Source: Anaerolineales bacterium | Lineage (GTDB): Bacteria > Chloroflexota > Anaerolineae > Anaerolineales > UBA11579 | Assembly: GCA_019637755.1 (NCBI GenBank) | Contig: JAHBVC010000001.1 | Span: 1,453,181-1,517,180 of the forward strand | Reading direction: 5' to 3' | Length of the DNA: 64,000 nt | In this document: positions 1 through 9,094 of the stretch, in pieces | Position numbering within the stretch: the first letter of the stretch is position 1 | How the letters are laid out: each line of letters starts with the position of its first letter | Made by a program: the position numbers and the translations under genes | The notes under the pieces: model-generated | Databases searched by the model: none | What the model was told of the DNA's origin: nothing | What the model saw: only the letters and a program-made list of their open reading frames with translations

Positions 1-398
1 GCACCACGCGCAGCAGCAAAGCCTTCGAGCGCATTGCCGAGATCATTAGCCATGTGCATTTCAATGATGATCACGATTCGGTCGTCTTTAATCAGGTGTT
101 GGAGCACTATCGCCAACTGGCCTGGACGCGTACCGAGCGCGTGGCCAAAAGTGTGCGCCGCCTGCCGTTGCTGCTCAAAGCATTTATTTACATTGCTTCG
201 TTCTTCACTCTGGTCACGTTCTCATTCATGCCGTTTATGACCTCACAATACGGTGTATTGGCCATGCTGGTGATTAGCTTCCAGCAGATTATGATCTTCT
301 TCATCATTGAGGGCTTGGATAACCCCTTCGTGGGTCATTGGCGCTTGACGCCGGAGCCTTATCAACAGATGCTGCAACATCTGGATGGCAAGTACTAG
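1..398 (+). CDS. hypothetical membrane protein, 3' part (frame open to window edge)
   Basis: The frame of ORF 54..398 stays open back to nt 3. It has two hydrophobic segments (LLLKAFIYIASFFTLVTFSF, GVLAMLVISFQQIMIFFII) and is followed by a hairpin terminator. Confidence 0.45.
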   Translation, partial: TTRSSKAFERIAEIISHVHFNDDHDSVVFNQVLEHYRQLAWTRTERVAKSVRRLPLLLKAFIYIASFFTLVTFSFMPFMTSQYGVLAMLVISFQQIMIFFIIEGLDNPFVGHWRLTPEPYQQMLQHLDGKY

Positions 399-403
399 CC
401 AAA

Positions 404-436
404 CAAAAAAGCCGCCCAACTCGGGCGGCTTTTTGT
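404..436. terminator. bidirectional rho-independent terminator between convergent genes
   Basis: A-run, then stem GCCGCCC (411-417) / GGGCGGC (423-429), then T-run. Confidence 0.7.
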
Positions 437-450
437 TAGCAGGCCAACGG

Positions 451-2385
451 TTACTTGCTGGCCTTTTGGTCATTTAACTCAGTAAGCTGGCTGCTGTGCT
501 CCAAGGCGTGGCGGAACTGGGTTTCGTATAACTCTGCGTACAAGCCATCCATAGCCAATAGCTGCTGGTGGGTACCCTGTTCCACCAGCTTGCCAGCATT
601 CAGCACCAGAATGACATCTGCGGCCAGGATGGTGGAAAGGCGGTGGGCGATGACCAGCGAGGTGCGCCCCTTCATCAGCGGCTGCATCGCCGCCTGGATC
701 AACGCCTCGGATTGCGAGTCGAGCGAGGAGGTGGCCTCGTCAAGGATCAAGATACGCGGGTCCTTCAGCACCACGCGGGCGATGGAGAGCCGTTGCTTCT
801 CGCCACCGCTCATGCGGTAGCCGCGCTCGCCCACCAGCGTATCGTAGCCTTGGGGCAGCGCCATGATCATGTCGTGAATGTTGGCGGCTTTGGCGGCGGC
901 TTCCATCTCGGCCTGCGTGGCGTCAGGCTTGGCGTACAGCAGGTTGGCGCGCACCGTATCGTGGAACAGGTAGCTCTCCTGCGTCACCATGCCGATCTGT
1001 TCAGCCAGCGATTCCTGTGCCAAATCACGCAGGTCGTGCCCGTCCAGCCGCACGCGGCCCTCGGTGGGGTCATACAGCCGCGGCAGCAGATAGGTAGCCG
1101 TGGTCTTGCCCGAGCCACTGGGGCCCACCAGCGCAGCGAGCTGGCCAGGCTGGATCTCGAAGCTTACATCTTCCAGCGCAAAGCGCCGCGTCGGCACGAT
1201 CTGCTGGGCTTCCTCTTCCTGGCCGTGGCGCGGCGGTGCGGTGAGCAGCGGCTCTTCATTCTCTTCAACATAGCTGAAGGAGACGTGCTCGAACTGGATA
1301 TGGCCTTCGGCGCGCGTCAAGTGCACCGCCTTCGGCTTATCCTGGATCTCAATCGGCAGATCCATAAACTCAAACACGCGCTCAAAGCTCACCATCGAGG
1401 TGGCGAATTCAACCTGCACATTGGAGAGCGCTGAGATCGGCCCGTAGAGGCCGAAGATATAGGCCACGAAGGCCACGATACTGCCGGAGCTGATGCTGCC
1501 TTGCAACACGAAATAGCCGCCGCCCCAGAAGATCAGCACCATGCCGATCGATCCGGCCAGCTCGAGCCATAGCGAGAACCAGCGCCCGATCATGGCGCGG
1601 CGCAGGCCGATATCGCGCACGTTTTGGTTGACTTGGCGATACTTTTCGCGCTCTTCAGGCTGGCGCCCAAAGGTTTTGGCCAGCAGTGCCCCGCTGATGC
1701 TCAAGGTTTCGCCGACAATCACTGACATATCGGCGTTGTAATTCATCGCCTGGCGGCGCACATCGCGCAGCACGCGGCCCACGCGGCGCGCCGGCAGCAT
1801 GAACAGCGGCACCACCGCCAGCGCCATCAGCGTCAGGCGCCACTCGATGGCCAGCATGATGCCCAGGGTGCTGAGCAGGCGTACGGCGTTGGTGAGGATG
1901 CCGGGCACCGTGCTGGTGATGGCGTTTTGCGCGCCGACGACATCTTCTTCAAAGCGCGAGATGATCAGGCCGGATTTGGTGCGCGTAAAGAAGCGCAACC
2001 CCATGCGCTGCAAATGCTCGTACATGCTCTGGCGCAGATCAAAAATGATGCCCTCGCCGATGGTGGCGCTTAAGTAGCGTTGGCCTACGCCGATCAGTCC
2101 GCTGATGAAGGGCACCGCCAACATCAGCAAACCCAGTATCAGCAAGCGGTGATAGTCCTGGTTGGGTAGCACATTGTCGAACAGATCACGGTACAGCAAC
2201 GGCGGCAGCAGATCGATCGAGGAGGTCACCACGATCGCCAGCAACATCAGCGCCAGACGTTTGAAGTATGGGCGCGCATAGGCCCACACGCGGCGCAGCA
2301 GCTCGCGATCGATCGGCGCCTTGGCCTGCTCTTCGTCGTAATTCAGGTAGCGGCGCCAGCCGCCGCCCCCGCCTCCGCCGCGCAT
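451..2385 (-). CDS. ABC transporter, fused permease/ATPase (type I exporter, MsbA/ABCB-like)
   Basis: Walker A GPSGSGKTT, signature MSGGEKQRLSIAR, Walker B ILILDEATSSLD, and a 6-TM N-terminal half. Confidence 0.95.
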   Translation of the reverse strand: MRGGGGGGGWRRYLNYDEEQAKAPIDRELLRRVWAYARPYFKRLALMLLAIVVTSSIDLLPPLLYRDLFDNVLPNQDYHRLLILGLLMLAVPFISGLIGVGQRYLSATIGEGIIFDLRQSMYEHLQRMGLRFFTRTKSGLIISRFEEDVVGAQNAITSTVPGILTNAVRLLSTLGIMLAIEWRLTLMALAVVPLFMLPARRVGRVLRDVRRQAMNYNADMSVIVGETLSISGALLAKTFGRQPEEREKYRQVNQNVRDIGLRRAMIGRWFSLWLELAGSIGMVLIFWGGGYFVLQGSISSGSIVAFVAYIFGLYGPISALSNVQVEFATSMVSFERVFEFMDLPIEIQDKPKAVHLTRAEGHIQFEHVSFSYVEENEEPLLTAPPRHGQEEEAQQIVPTRRFALEDVSFEIQPGQLAALVGPSGSGKTTATYLLPRLYDPTEGRVRLDGHDLRDLAQESLAEQIGMVTQESYLFHDTVRANLLYAKPDATQAEMEAAAKAANIHDMIMALPQGYDTLVGERGYRMSGGEKQRLSIARVVLKDPRILILDEATSSLDSQSEALIQAAMQPLMKGRTSLVIAHRLSTILAADVILVLNAGKLVEQGTHQQLLAMDGLYAELYETQFRHALEHSSQLTELNDQKASK

Positions 2386-2729
2386 CAGGCCGTCTCCTTA
2401 TGCAGCACCACCATTGGGATGGTGCGCCGGGTGTTGCGCTGAAAGTTTTCGTAATGTGAGTTCAACTGGTTAAGCTCCTGCCAGAGTTGGGCGCGCAGTT
2501 TGGGGCCGGCGATCTTGGCCGTGGCCGGGTAGCTGTCTTTGCCGATCTTGACCGTGACGGCCGGGTTGGCTTTGAGGTTCAGGTACCACTGCGGGTGCTG
2601 ATCCTTGCCCCCATAAGAGGCAACCACTACGGCGTGCTCTTCATGGAAGAAGCAGTACAGCTCCACCCATTGCGGCTTGCCAGTAACCCGCCCGGTGGTG
2701 GTGAGATGGATGACTTTCATTCCTTGCAT
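2385..2729 (-). CDS. deazaflavin (F420)-dependent nitroreductase family protein (DDN/PF04075-like)
   Basis: This is the C-terminal 114 codons of the 377-aa track ORF. It contains LTTTGRVTGKPQWVEL...VVVASYGGKDQHPQWYLNLKANP...RTIPMVVL, typical of the family. Its stop overlaps the ABC start (TGATG). Confidence 0.7.
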   Translation of the reverse strand: MQGMKVIHLTTTGRVTGKPQWVELYCFFHEEHAVVVASYGGKDQHPQWYLNLKANPAVTVKIGKDSYPATAKIAGPKLRAQLWQELNQLNSHYENFQRNTRRTIPMVVLHKETA

Positions 2730-2752
2730 AGTCAGTATTCTATCCAGCCCTT

Positions 2753-3334
2753 CTACAGCACCAGCAAGCCCAGCCGGGCGGCGCGGCGCACCGCCTCGGT
2801 GCGGTTGGTGACGCCCAACTTGGCATAGATGGATGAACTGTGAAATTTGACGGTGTGCTCGCTGATGTTCAATTGCAGCGCAATCTGCTTGTTGGCCATA
2901 CCCTCGGCCAGCAGTTGCAGCACATCCAGCTCGCGCTCGGTGAGCTCTTCGTCCAGCGGGGCCTCGCTGCGGTTGGCCGGGGCCAGCAGCGCTGTCAGCA
3001 TGGGCGGCGCGGCGGCGATCAAGCCCTCGTGCAGCGCCAGCACGGCCGCGGCCAGCTCCTGCGGGCTGCAATCCGGCGGCAGCCAGCCCCAGGCACGCGC
3101 CGGCAGGCTGGCTATTGGCTGTGCCGCCTCGGGAGCCTGGCTGAGCAGCAGTAGCGCCGGCGGCTCCTCGGAGGCGGCCAGTGCTTCGGCCAACTGGGCC
3201 AGCGGCAACTCCTCGGCCAGCAGCACTACATCCAGCTCGGCCTCCTGCTCCAGTAAGCCCGCCAAGGTGGCCGCTTCGGCGGCCACCTGGATGCGCGGGT
3301 CGTAAGCCAACAAGGCGCGCAGGCCGCTGCGCAA
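2753..3334 (-). CDS. LuxR/FixJ-type HTH regulator with degenerate receiver-like N-domain
   Basis: C-terminal LTERELDVLQLLAEGMANKQIALQLNISEHTVKFHSSSIYAKLGV. The N-terminus is uncertain: it has a TTG start and the frame stays open further upstream. Confidence 0.75.
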   Translation of the reverse strand: MRSGLRALLAYDPRIQVAAEAATLAGLLEQEAELDVVLLAEELPLAQLAEALAASEEPPALLLLSQAPEAAQPIASLPARAWGWLPPDCSPQELAAAVLALHEGLIAAAPPMLTALLAPANRSEAPLDEELTERELDVLQLLAEGMANKQIALQLNISEHTVKFHSSSIYAKLGVTNRTEAVRRAARLGLLVL

Positions 3335-3387
3335 AGCGGGCGCAGCGGCCAGAATGGCGACTTGTACGGATGCAGCCGGAGGCTTGT

Positions 3388-4458
3388 TTATCGGCCCCCC
3401 CAGCGTTTGCGCTGCAGGCGGCCCGGCCCCCAGCCGCCGTGGCCGAAGCGCAGGCCCATGCGGCCCATTGGGCGATGGCCGAAGCCATGCCCGCCGAAGC
3501 CGCGCCCGCGGCGGCCACCGCCGTGGCGATGATGGTGCGCGGCTTCCGTGCGCCCGGTGACGCTCACCTGGGCGGTGTGCAGGGCACCGCCGCGCAGGTA
3601 CTCCAGCGCAGTTGGCGTGCCCACGATGCCGCTGTTGAGTTGCAGCATCAGCGCATCGTGGTCTGCCACCGCTTGCCCGGCCAGCCCGACGATGATGTCA
3701 CCCACCATCAAGCCAGCCGCGGCGGCGGGGCTTTCGGCTTCGATGCTCGCAATCAGCAGGCCGGTGTCTTGCCCTTGCTTGGCATCCGCGGGCAGCTCAG
3801 CCAATTGGCTGCGCACGCCCAGGTAGCCGCGCTGCACGCCGCCATGCTCCTGGATGGATTTGGCAATCTTCCAGGCTTGCTTGGCTGGGATGGACATCAA
3901 GCTGCCCCAACCCAAGCCGGAGGTGTTGATGCCCAGCACCTGGCCCAGATCGTCTACCAGCGGGCCGCCGGAGAAACCGGGGTAGGCGGTGGCATCCGTG
4001 CGCAGCGTGCTTTCCACCAGGCCGCCGCCGTGCGTGCGCACTGGCCCCCCGATGGCGCTGACGATGCCCAGGCTGGCTTCGATAGCCTGGCCGGGGCGGC
4101 CCAGCGCGATGGCCAGTTGGCCCACCTGCGGCTGCTCATTGATGCGCGCCGGCGTGCCGAGCGCATCGACGAGCTTGAGCACGGCGAGATCGCTGTGCGG
4201 GTCACGCCCCAGCAGCTCGGCACCCAAGGTGGTGCCATCGGCCAGGCTGACCTGGATGTCACCCTCTTCGCGCAGGGTGTGGCTGGCGGTGAGCACCAGC
4301 CCGGGCTCCACAATCACGCCCGTGGAGGGCAGGCGCCGGCGGCCATGCACCGTAACGATGGATGCGCTGGCCGCCTGGGTGGCCTCCACAAGCGAATGGG
4401 AGAGGGCGCTAAGGCCCTGTGTGTTGTTTGCGTCTTTCATAAGACTTCCTTTCATCAT
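3388..4458 (-). CDS. HtrA/DegP-family S1C serine protease with PDZ domain and His/Gly/Arg-rich tail
   Basis: TASHTL (His), GFSGGPLVD (Ser), and a PDZ-like segment GLLIASIEAESPAAAAGLMVGDIIV. The tail is HHHRHGGGRRGRGFGGHGFGH... Confidence 0.9.
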   Translation of the reverse strand: MMKGSLMKDANNTQGLSALSHSLVEATQAASASIVTVHGRRRLPSTGVIVEPGLVLTASHTLREEGDIQVSLADGTTLGAELLGRDPHSDLAVLKLVDALGTPARINEQPQVGQLAIALGRPGQAIEASLGIVSAIGGPVRTHGGGLVESTLRTDATAYPGFSGGPLVDDLGQVLGINTSGLGWGSLMSIPAKQAWKIAKSIQEHGGVQRGYLGVRSQLAELPADAKQGQDTGLLIASIEAESPAAAAGLMVGDIIVGLAGQAVADHDALMLQLNSGIVGTPTALEYLRGGALHTAQVSVTGRTEAAHHHRHGGGRRGRGFGGHGFGHRPMGRMGLRFGHGGWGPGRLQRKRWGGR

Positions 4459-4676
4459 AGCGGGACTTTGCTAAGGCTGCCAGCCAACCGGTATAGCGGC
4501 AGATGTGTTGTGTCCCAGCGATACCAGTCTATAGTTTTTGGCGCGGCGCCACATCCGCCGTTTGGGTAGGTGGCGCCTAGACATGCGGGTAGGTGTTTTT
4601 TGCGCATGTTAGAATCGATTCACGGTCGGCACACCCGGCTGTTGTGCTGGCGCACAGATGCGCCAAAGGAGACCTG

Positions 4677-5174
4677 ATGAGTGAACCGACTGCGGTAGAC
4701 AAAGATGTAGTGGTGAGCCTGGCTTACAAGCTCACCGTAGAGGGTGAGATCCTGGATGAGGCGGGGGCCGAGGATGCGTTGCAGTATCTGCATGGCAACC
4801 AGAACATCATTCCTGGCCTGGAGAACGAGCTGACCGGCCTGAAGATGGGCGACAGCAAAACGGTGAGCGTGAAGCCGGAAGATGGCTACGGGCTAACCGA
4901 TAGCGAAGAGATCGAAGAAATTTCGCTGGAAGACTTTCCCGAGGGCATCGTGCCGGAAATTGGCATGGAGCTGGAAGTAAAAGATGAGGATGGGAACGAT
5001 CTGTATGGGCGCATTCTGGCGATCAGCGAGGATAGCGTGACCATGGATTTCAACCATCCGCTGGCTGGCAAAACGCTGGACTTTGAGGTGACCGTGGTGG
5101 GGCTGCGCGCTGCCACCGCCGATGAATTGGCCCACGGGCATGTACATGGGCCCGAAGGCCACCACCATCACTAA
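4677..5174 (+). CDS. slyD: FKBP-type peptidyl-prolyl isomerase, SlyD-like
   Basis: ATG at 4677 preceded by AAAGGAG. Contains VSLAYKLTVEGEILDE...LQYLHG...PGLE and a His-rich C-terminus HGHVHGPEGHHHH. The track ORF start at 4593 is probably too early. Confidence 0.85.
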   Translation: MSEPTAVDKDVVVSLAYKLTVEGEILDEAGAEDALQYLHGNQNIIPGLENELTGLKMGDSKTVSVKPEDGYGLTDSEEIEEISLEDFPEGIVPEIGMELEVKDEDGNDLYGRILAISEDSVTMDFNHPLAGKTLDFEVTVVGLRAATADELAHGHVHGPEGHHHH

Positions 5175-5193
5175 ACGCGGTATCGACTGAAAC

Positions 5194-5222
5194 AAAAAAC
5201 TCGCCATTCGGCGAGTTTTTTT
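5194..5222. terminator. bidirectional rho-independent terminator
   Basis: A-run, then CTCGCC (5200-5205) / GGCGAG (5210-5215), then T-run. Confidence 0.7.
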
Positions 5223-5232
5223 ATTGTGTGGT

Positions 5233-6000
5233 CTACGGAACGATGGGACGGCAGGCCGCGATCAGCCCGCCGAAGACATCGCACCATAGCGAGTTGGCAT
5301 CGACGTAAAACAGGAAGGCGATCAGCCCGCACAATCCCAACAATACCAGGCCGCCACAGCCCAGCATCGCATTGCGGCTGAGGCGCATACCCTTTCGGCG
5401 CGGCCGGCGGCTCACCGGGCCTTGCGGCGCTTCGGCATAGGGGTCGATATCCAGCGGGTCCACAAAATCACGCTGGGCGGCCATGCGCACGGCGATCGGC
5501 TCATCCGGGCGGGTGGGCGGCGGCAGCGGAGCTTGGCTGGCGGGAGGTGCGGCAGGGCGCAGCGGCGCGGCGGGTGCGTCGAAGGCGTGCCGTGCGGGGC
5601 GCTCTTCCAGCGGCGGCAGGCTGGCGGTGGGCGGAGGCGGCGCCACCGAGCGCCGCGGTGGCGCGCTGGGGCTGGGCGGCGTGGTTTCCAGGCTGTTTAG
5701 ATCCAGCTCGTAGCGCAGGGTGACCACTTCGCCCAGGCGAATCTCATCGCCAGGGCGCAACACGCTGACGCCGTGCACGCGCTCGCCGTTGACGAAGGTG
5801 CCATTGGTGGAGCCGAGGTCTTCGAGCACGAAGCCGCCGCTCTGGGCGATCAGGCGCGCGTGCCGGCGCGAAACTTCGATATCCTGAATGTGCAGATCGC
5901 TGGACGGGTCACGGCCGATGAGCAGGTTTTCCTTGGAAAGCGGGGTGCGCTGACCGGGGTTGGGGCCAGCCTGAATGACAAGACTGAAATGATTCGCCAT
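5233..6000 (-). CDS. FHA-domain protein with Pro-rich linker and C-terminal TM anchor
   Basis: LLIGRDPSSDLHIQDIEVSRRHARL...GSTNGTFVNGERV, a PPPSPAPP-rich middle, and C-terminal LGCGGLVLLGLCGLIAFLFY. Confidence 0.85.
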   Translation of the reverse strand: MANHFSLVIQAGPNPGQRTPLSKENLLIGRDPSSDLHIQDIEVSRRHARLIAQSGGFVLEDLGSTNGTFVNGERVHGVSVLRPGDEIRLGEVVTLRYELDLNSLETTPPSPSAPPRRSVAPPPPTASLPPLEERPARHAFDAPAAPLRPAAPPASQAPLPPPTRPDEPIAVRMAAQRDFVDPLDIDPYAEAPQGPVSRRPRRKGMRLSRNAMLGCGGLVLLGLCGLIAFLFYVDANSLWCDVFGGLIAACRPIVP

Positions 6001-6062
6001 GCGCGTGAGTGTATAGGAAGTGCTTTTGGGCTGTCAAATGAAACTATCGACAAGTTTGTTTG

Positions 6063-6821
6063 CTAAATGAGCAGAATGCCTTCGTGTAGCTCCAATTCGT
6101 AGCTGAACACCTGGCTGAAGACGGTTAACAGCTCGTGCACCACGCGTTCCATGTCGGGCGGCTGGTTGAAAATATACTCCAGGCTGATTTGGTTCTGGTT
6201 CTCCAGCCCGCAAGCCACGATGCCCTGCCAATAGTTCATATCTGGCATGACGTTGAGCGCAAAGCCATGGCGCGAGACGCCCTTGGCATCCACCTTCACG
6301 CCGATCGAGGCGATCTTGCTGGGCGCCTGCAGCAGATGCGGCGGGCAGTGCACGCAGCGCGAGGCTACATCGGGCTGCACCCATACGCCGGTTTGGCCGG
6401 GCACTTGGCCGGCGGGCACGCCCAGTTGCGCCAGGGCCTTGATGATCGTTTTTTCCAGGTTGCGCAGGTAGGCAATGTAGTCGACTTGCGGGATGCGTGG
6501 GTTGCCGCTGGCCGGGTCTGGCTGCACCTCGCCGAGGGGCAGCAGCGGGTAGCCCACCAGTTGCCCCGGGCCGTGGTAGGTCACATCGCCGCCGCGGTCC
6601 ACCCAATGCACGTCCACCTGCTGCTCTTGCAAGCGGGCTTGTTCCCAGAGCAGGTGCTCGGCCTGGCCGCGGCGGCCAAACGTGTACACATGCGGGTGCT
6701 CCAGCAAGAGCAGCGTGGGCGGGTGCTCGCCGCGCGCAATTTCGTCGGCCAGCTGGTTTTGCAAGTTCCAGGCCTTTTGGTACTCCACCAAACCCAACCG
6801 GTAGACCTGGCAGGTGCTCAT
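6063..6821 (-). CDS. lipB: lipoyl(octanoyl) transferase
   Basis: RGGDVTYHGPGQLVGYP and KIASIGVKVDAKGVSRHGFALNV motifs. Confidence 0.9.
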   Translation of the reverse strand: MSTCQVYRLGLVEYQKAWNLQNQLADEIARGEHPPTLLLLEHPHVYTFGRRGQAEHLLWEQARLQEQQVDVHWVDRGGDVTYHGPGQLVGYPLLPLGEVQPDPASGNPRIPQVDYIAYLRNLEKTIIKALAQLGVPAGQVPGQTGVWVQPDVASRCVHCPPHLLQAPSKIASIGVKVDAKGVSRHGFALNVMPDMNYWQGIVACGLENQNQISLEYIFNQPPDMERVVHELLTVFSQVFSYELELHEGILLI

Positions 6822-8224
6822 ACAGCCTCCTCGGCCAGGCAGCGGCGGAACAGATCGTGCTGCAACAGGCCCTCAGGATCGCAGCGCTGTTTGAGTTCTT
6901 TGAGCGTGCTCAAGGTCTGCTCACCCAAGAATTGGCGCGCCCGTTGGCCATCCAGCAACGCATCCTTGGCGAAGTAATAGCGCCCGCCCGCCGCCAGCAG
7001 CATCGCATCCAGCTCGCGGGCCAGCGCCACCAGGCGCGCGGGCTGGCGCGGCACCTTGAAATCCAGCGCCAGCGAAAAACCGTCTACGGCGTGCGAGAGC
7101 AAAAACGCATCCGGGCGATGGCGCTTGAGCACCGCCAGGTAGGGCGGCAGGCCATGTTGCTGGCAGCGTTGCAACACTTGGCGGTAGACGCTGGGCGCCG
7201 CAGCGGCGGGCACGAAGCTTTGATGCTGCACCAGGCCGCCGCGCCCGTAGATACGCTCCCAGCCGGGGATGTAATCCAACAGGAAGTTGAATTCCACCAG
7301 CGATTGCGTGTAGCTCTTGTGATGCTCCAGTAGCCGGTTGGCGCTGTATTTGGCGAAATTCACCAGCCCCACGCCGAGGTTGTTTACGAACGGTGCCATC
7401 AGCGGCGGCAGGGCTGCTTTGGGGATACCCAGAATGCTGGGCGGCAAATCGAGGCTGGGCGCCGGCCGCTCCGCCTCGGCCGCCTGGTAGCTGGCACGGT
7501 GCAACTGGCCACGGCCCAATGCACCGCCGGGCGCGGTGGCGTCGAGCCAGCCCACGATGTAATCTTCGTCCTTGTATGCGTCCACTTCGGCCAGCATGCC
7601 GGCCAGCGCCGGCTGGGTCCATCCGGTGACGCGTAGCTGGGCCGAGTGCACCTTCTTCAATTGCAGCGTAATGGAAGTGAAAATGCCGAGCAAGCCCATC
7701 CCGCCGATCAGGCTGTAGAACAACTCAGCGTTTTGCTGCGGGCTGCAGGTGACGGTTTGCCCATTGGGCAGGGTAGCCTCAAATTCCACAACATGCTCGC
7801 CAATTGGCCCGGCCTGCCAGTTGTTCTTGCCATGAATGTTGGCGGCCAGGCAGCCACCCAGCGTGGGAAACATGGTGCCAGGCACCACTGGCGGCCACCA
7901 GCCGAAAGGCAGCGCATGGCGCCACAATTGTTCGATGGTGACGCCGGGTTCCACGCGCACGATGCCACTTTCCGCATCCCAGGCGAGGATGCGGGTCAGC
8001 CCGCGCAGATCCAGGATGATCTGGCCGGCGTTCAGCGCGGCATCGCCGTAGCTGCGCCCGGCGCCACGCAAGCCGATGCTCAACCCGGCCTGGCGCGCCT
8101 GGGCGAACAGGGCGGGCAGTTCATCGGTATGCTCTGGCCGAAACACATAGGCCACGCGCTGCAACGAATGGCCAAAATTCTCCAGACGGGTTAGCGTCTG
8201 CAAAGGCAGCGGCAGATGGCTCAA
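6818..8224 (-). CDS. FAD-dependent oxidoreductase, DprE1-like
   Basis: GAGRSYGDAALN, ALPFGWWPPVVPGT..TLGGCLAANIHGKN, and ELFYSLIGGMGLLGI resemble decaprenylphosphoryl-ribose oxidase. I prefer the TTG start at 8224 (TTGA overlap with the upstream stop) over the track start at 8350. Confidence 0.75.
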   Translation of the reverse strand: MSHLPLPLQTLTRLENFGHSLQRVAYVFRPEHTDELPALFAQARQAGLSIGLRGAGRSYGDAALNAGQIILDLRGLTRILAWDAESGIVRVEPGVTIEQLWRHALPFGWWPPVVPGTMFPTLGGCLAANIHGKNNWQAGPIGEHVVEFEATLPNGQTVTCSPQQNAELFYSLIGGMGLLGIFTSITLQLKKVHSAQLRVTGWTQPALAGMLAEVDAYKDEDYIVGWLDATAPGGALGRGQLHRASYQAAEAERPAPSLDLPPSILGIPKAALPPLMAPFVNNLGVGLVNFAKYSANRLLEHHKSYTQSLVEFNFLLDYIPGWERIYGRGGLVQHQSFVPAAAAPSVYRQVLQRCQQHGLPPYLAVLKRHRPDAFLLSHAVDGFSLALDFKVPRQPARLVALARELDAMLLAAGGRYYFAKDALLDGQRARQFLGEQTLSTLKELKQRCDPEGLLQHDLFRRCLAEEAV

Positions 8225-8997
8225 AAAGACAATCTCCGAAAAATGAACGAAGGCACGTTGCGCACGGCCAGCATCAGCCAGCGCCACCAGCCTGGCACAT
8301 AGACGATCTGTTGGTGGCGGCGGATGGCGTGCCAAATTCCCGCGGCACACTGCTGCGGGCTGATCACGCCAAAACTGCGCGGCGCATTCGCCAGGATTTG
8401 GGTATCTACGAAGCCGGGGCGCACGGTGAGCACTGTGATGCCGTGGCGGCTGAGCCGGTTGCGCAACGCTTCCAAATAGGTATCCAGCCCAGCTTTGGAG
8501 GCATTGTAGGCGGGGTTGAGCACGCGGCCGCGGTCGCCCGCTACTGACGAGATGCCTACGATATGCCCGCGGCCCTGCTTCTGGAACAAGGCCGACACCT
8601 GGCCCAGCCAGGCCACGCCGCCGGAGAGATTGACCGCCAGCATGTGCTGATCTTTTTCCAGATCAAATTCATTGATCTCTACCGCGGGCATCACCCCGGC
8701 ACAATAGACAAACAGATCCAGGCCGCCCATCTCAGCCAGGAGCTTCTGCAGCGTAGTGGGGATCTCCGCCAGGTGGGTTACATCGTGGGCGTGCGCAATC
8801 ACGCGGCGCTGCCCAGCGCCATTGAGTTCGTTGGCCAGGGCCTGCAGCGGCTCGGCGCTGCGCGAAAGCGCCGCCACCAGGTAGCCTTCGTGGGCCAGGC
8901 GGCGCACCAGGGCAGCGCCAATGCCGGAAGAGGCGCCGACAACGATGGCGCGCGGGCGGCGGGTAAGCGCGGGTTCGGAAACGTGAGGAGTGGTCAT
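8221..8997 (-). CDS. short-chain dehydrogenase, DprE2-like
   Basis: VVGASSGIGAAL. The C-terminus IVYVPGWWRWLMLAVRNVPSFIFRRLSF resembles the DprE2 end (..[21 protein letters not shown]). ATG at 8997. Confidence 0.75.
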   Translation of the reverse strand: MTTPHVSEPALTRRPRAIVVGASSGIGAALVRRLAHEGYLVAALSRSAEPLQALANELNGAGQRRVIAHAHDVTHLAEIPTTLQKLLAEMGGLDLFVYCAGVMPAVEINEFDLEKDQHMLAVNLSGGVAWLGQVSALFQKQGRGHIVGISSVAGDRGRVLNPAYNASKAGLDTYLEALRNRLSRHGITVLTVRPGFVDTQILANAPRSFGVISPQQCAAGIWHAIRRHQQIVYVPGWWRWLMLAVRNVPSFIFRRLSF

Positions 8998-9094
8998 GGT
9001 TTGCGAATTATGCCACCTCTGCGCGCCGCACTTCGCCGCGGAGTACAATCAGCAGGTGCCCCACGGGCACAGCACTCACGATTTTGGAGGATGG

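Noticed and set aside
2385-4569. Very long track ORFs (377 aa at 2385..3518 minus, 462 aa at 3181..4569 plus), rich in Ala, Gly, Arg and Pro.
   Set aside because: They lie antisense to, or out of frame with, well-supported genes (LuxR regulator, HtrA), and their composition is typical of stop-poor frames in high-GC DNA. Only the last 114 codons of the 377-aa ORF look like a real protein (DDN family). The same logic applies to most overlapping ORFs throughout the track.
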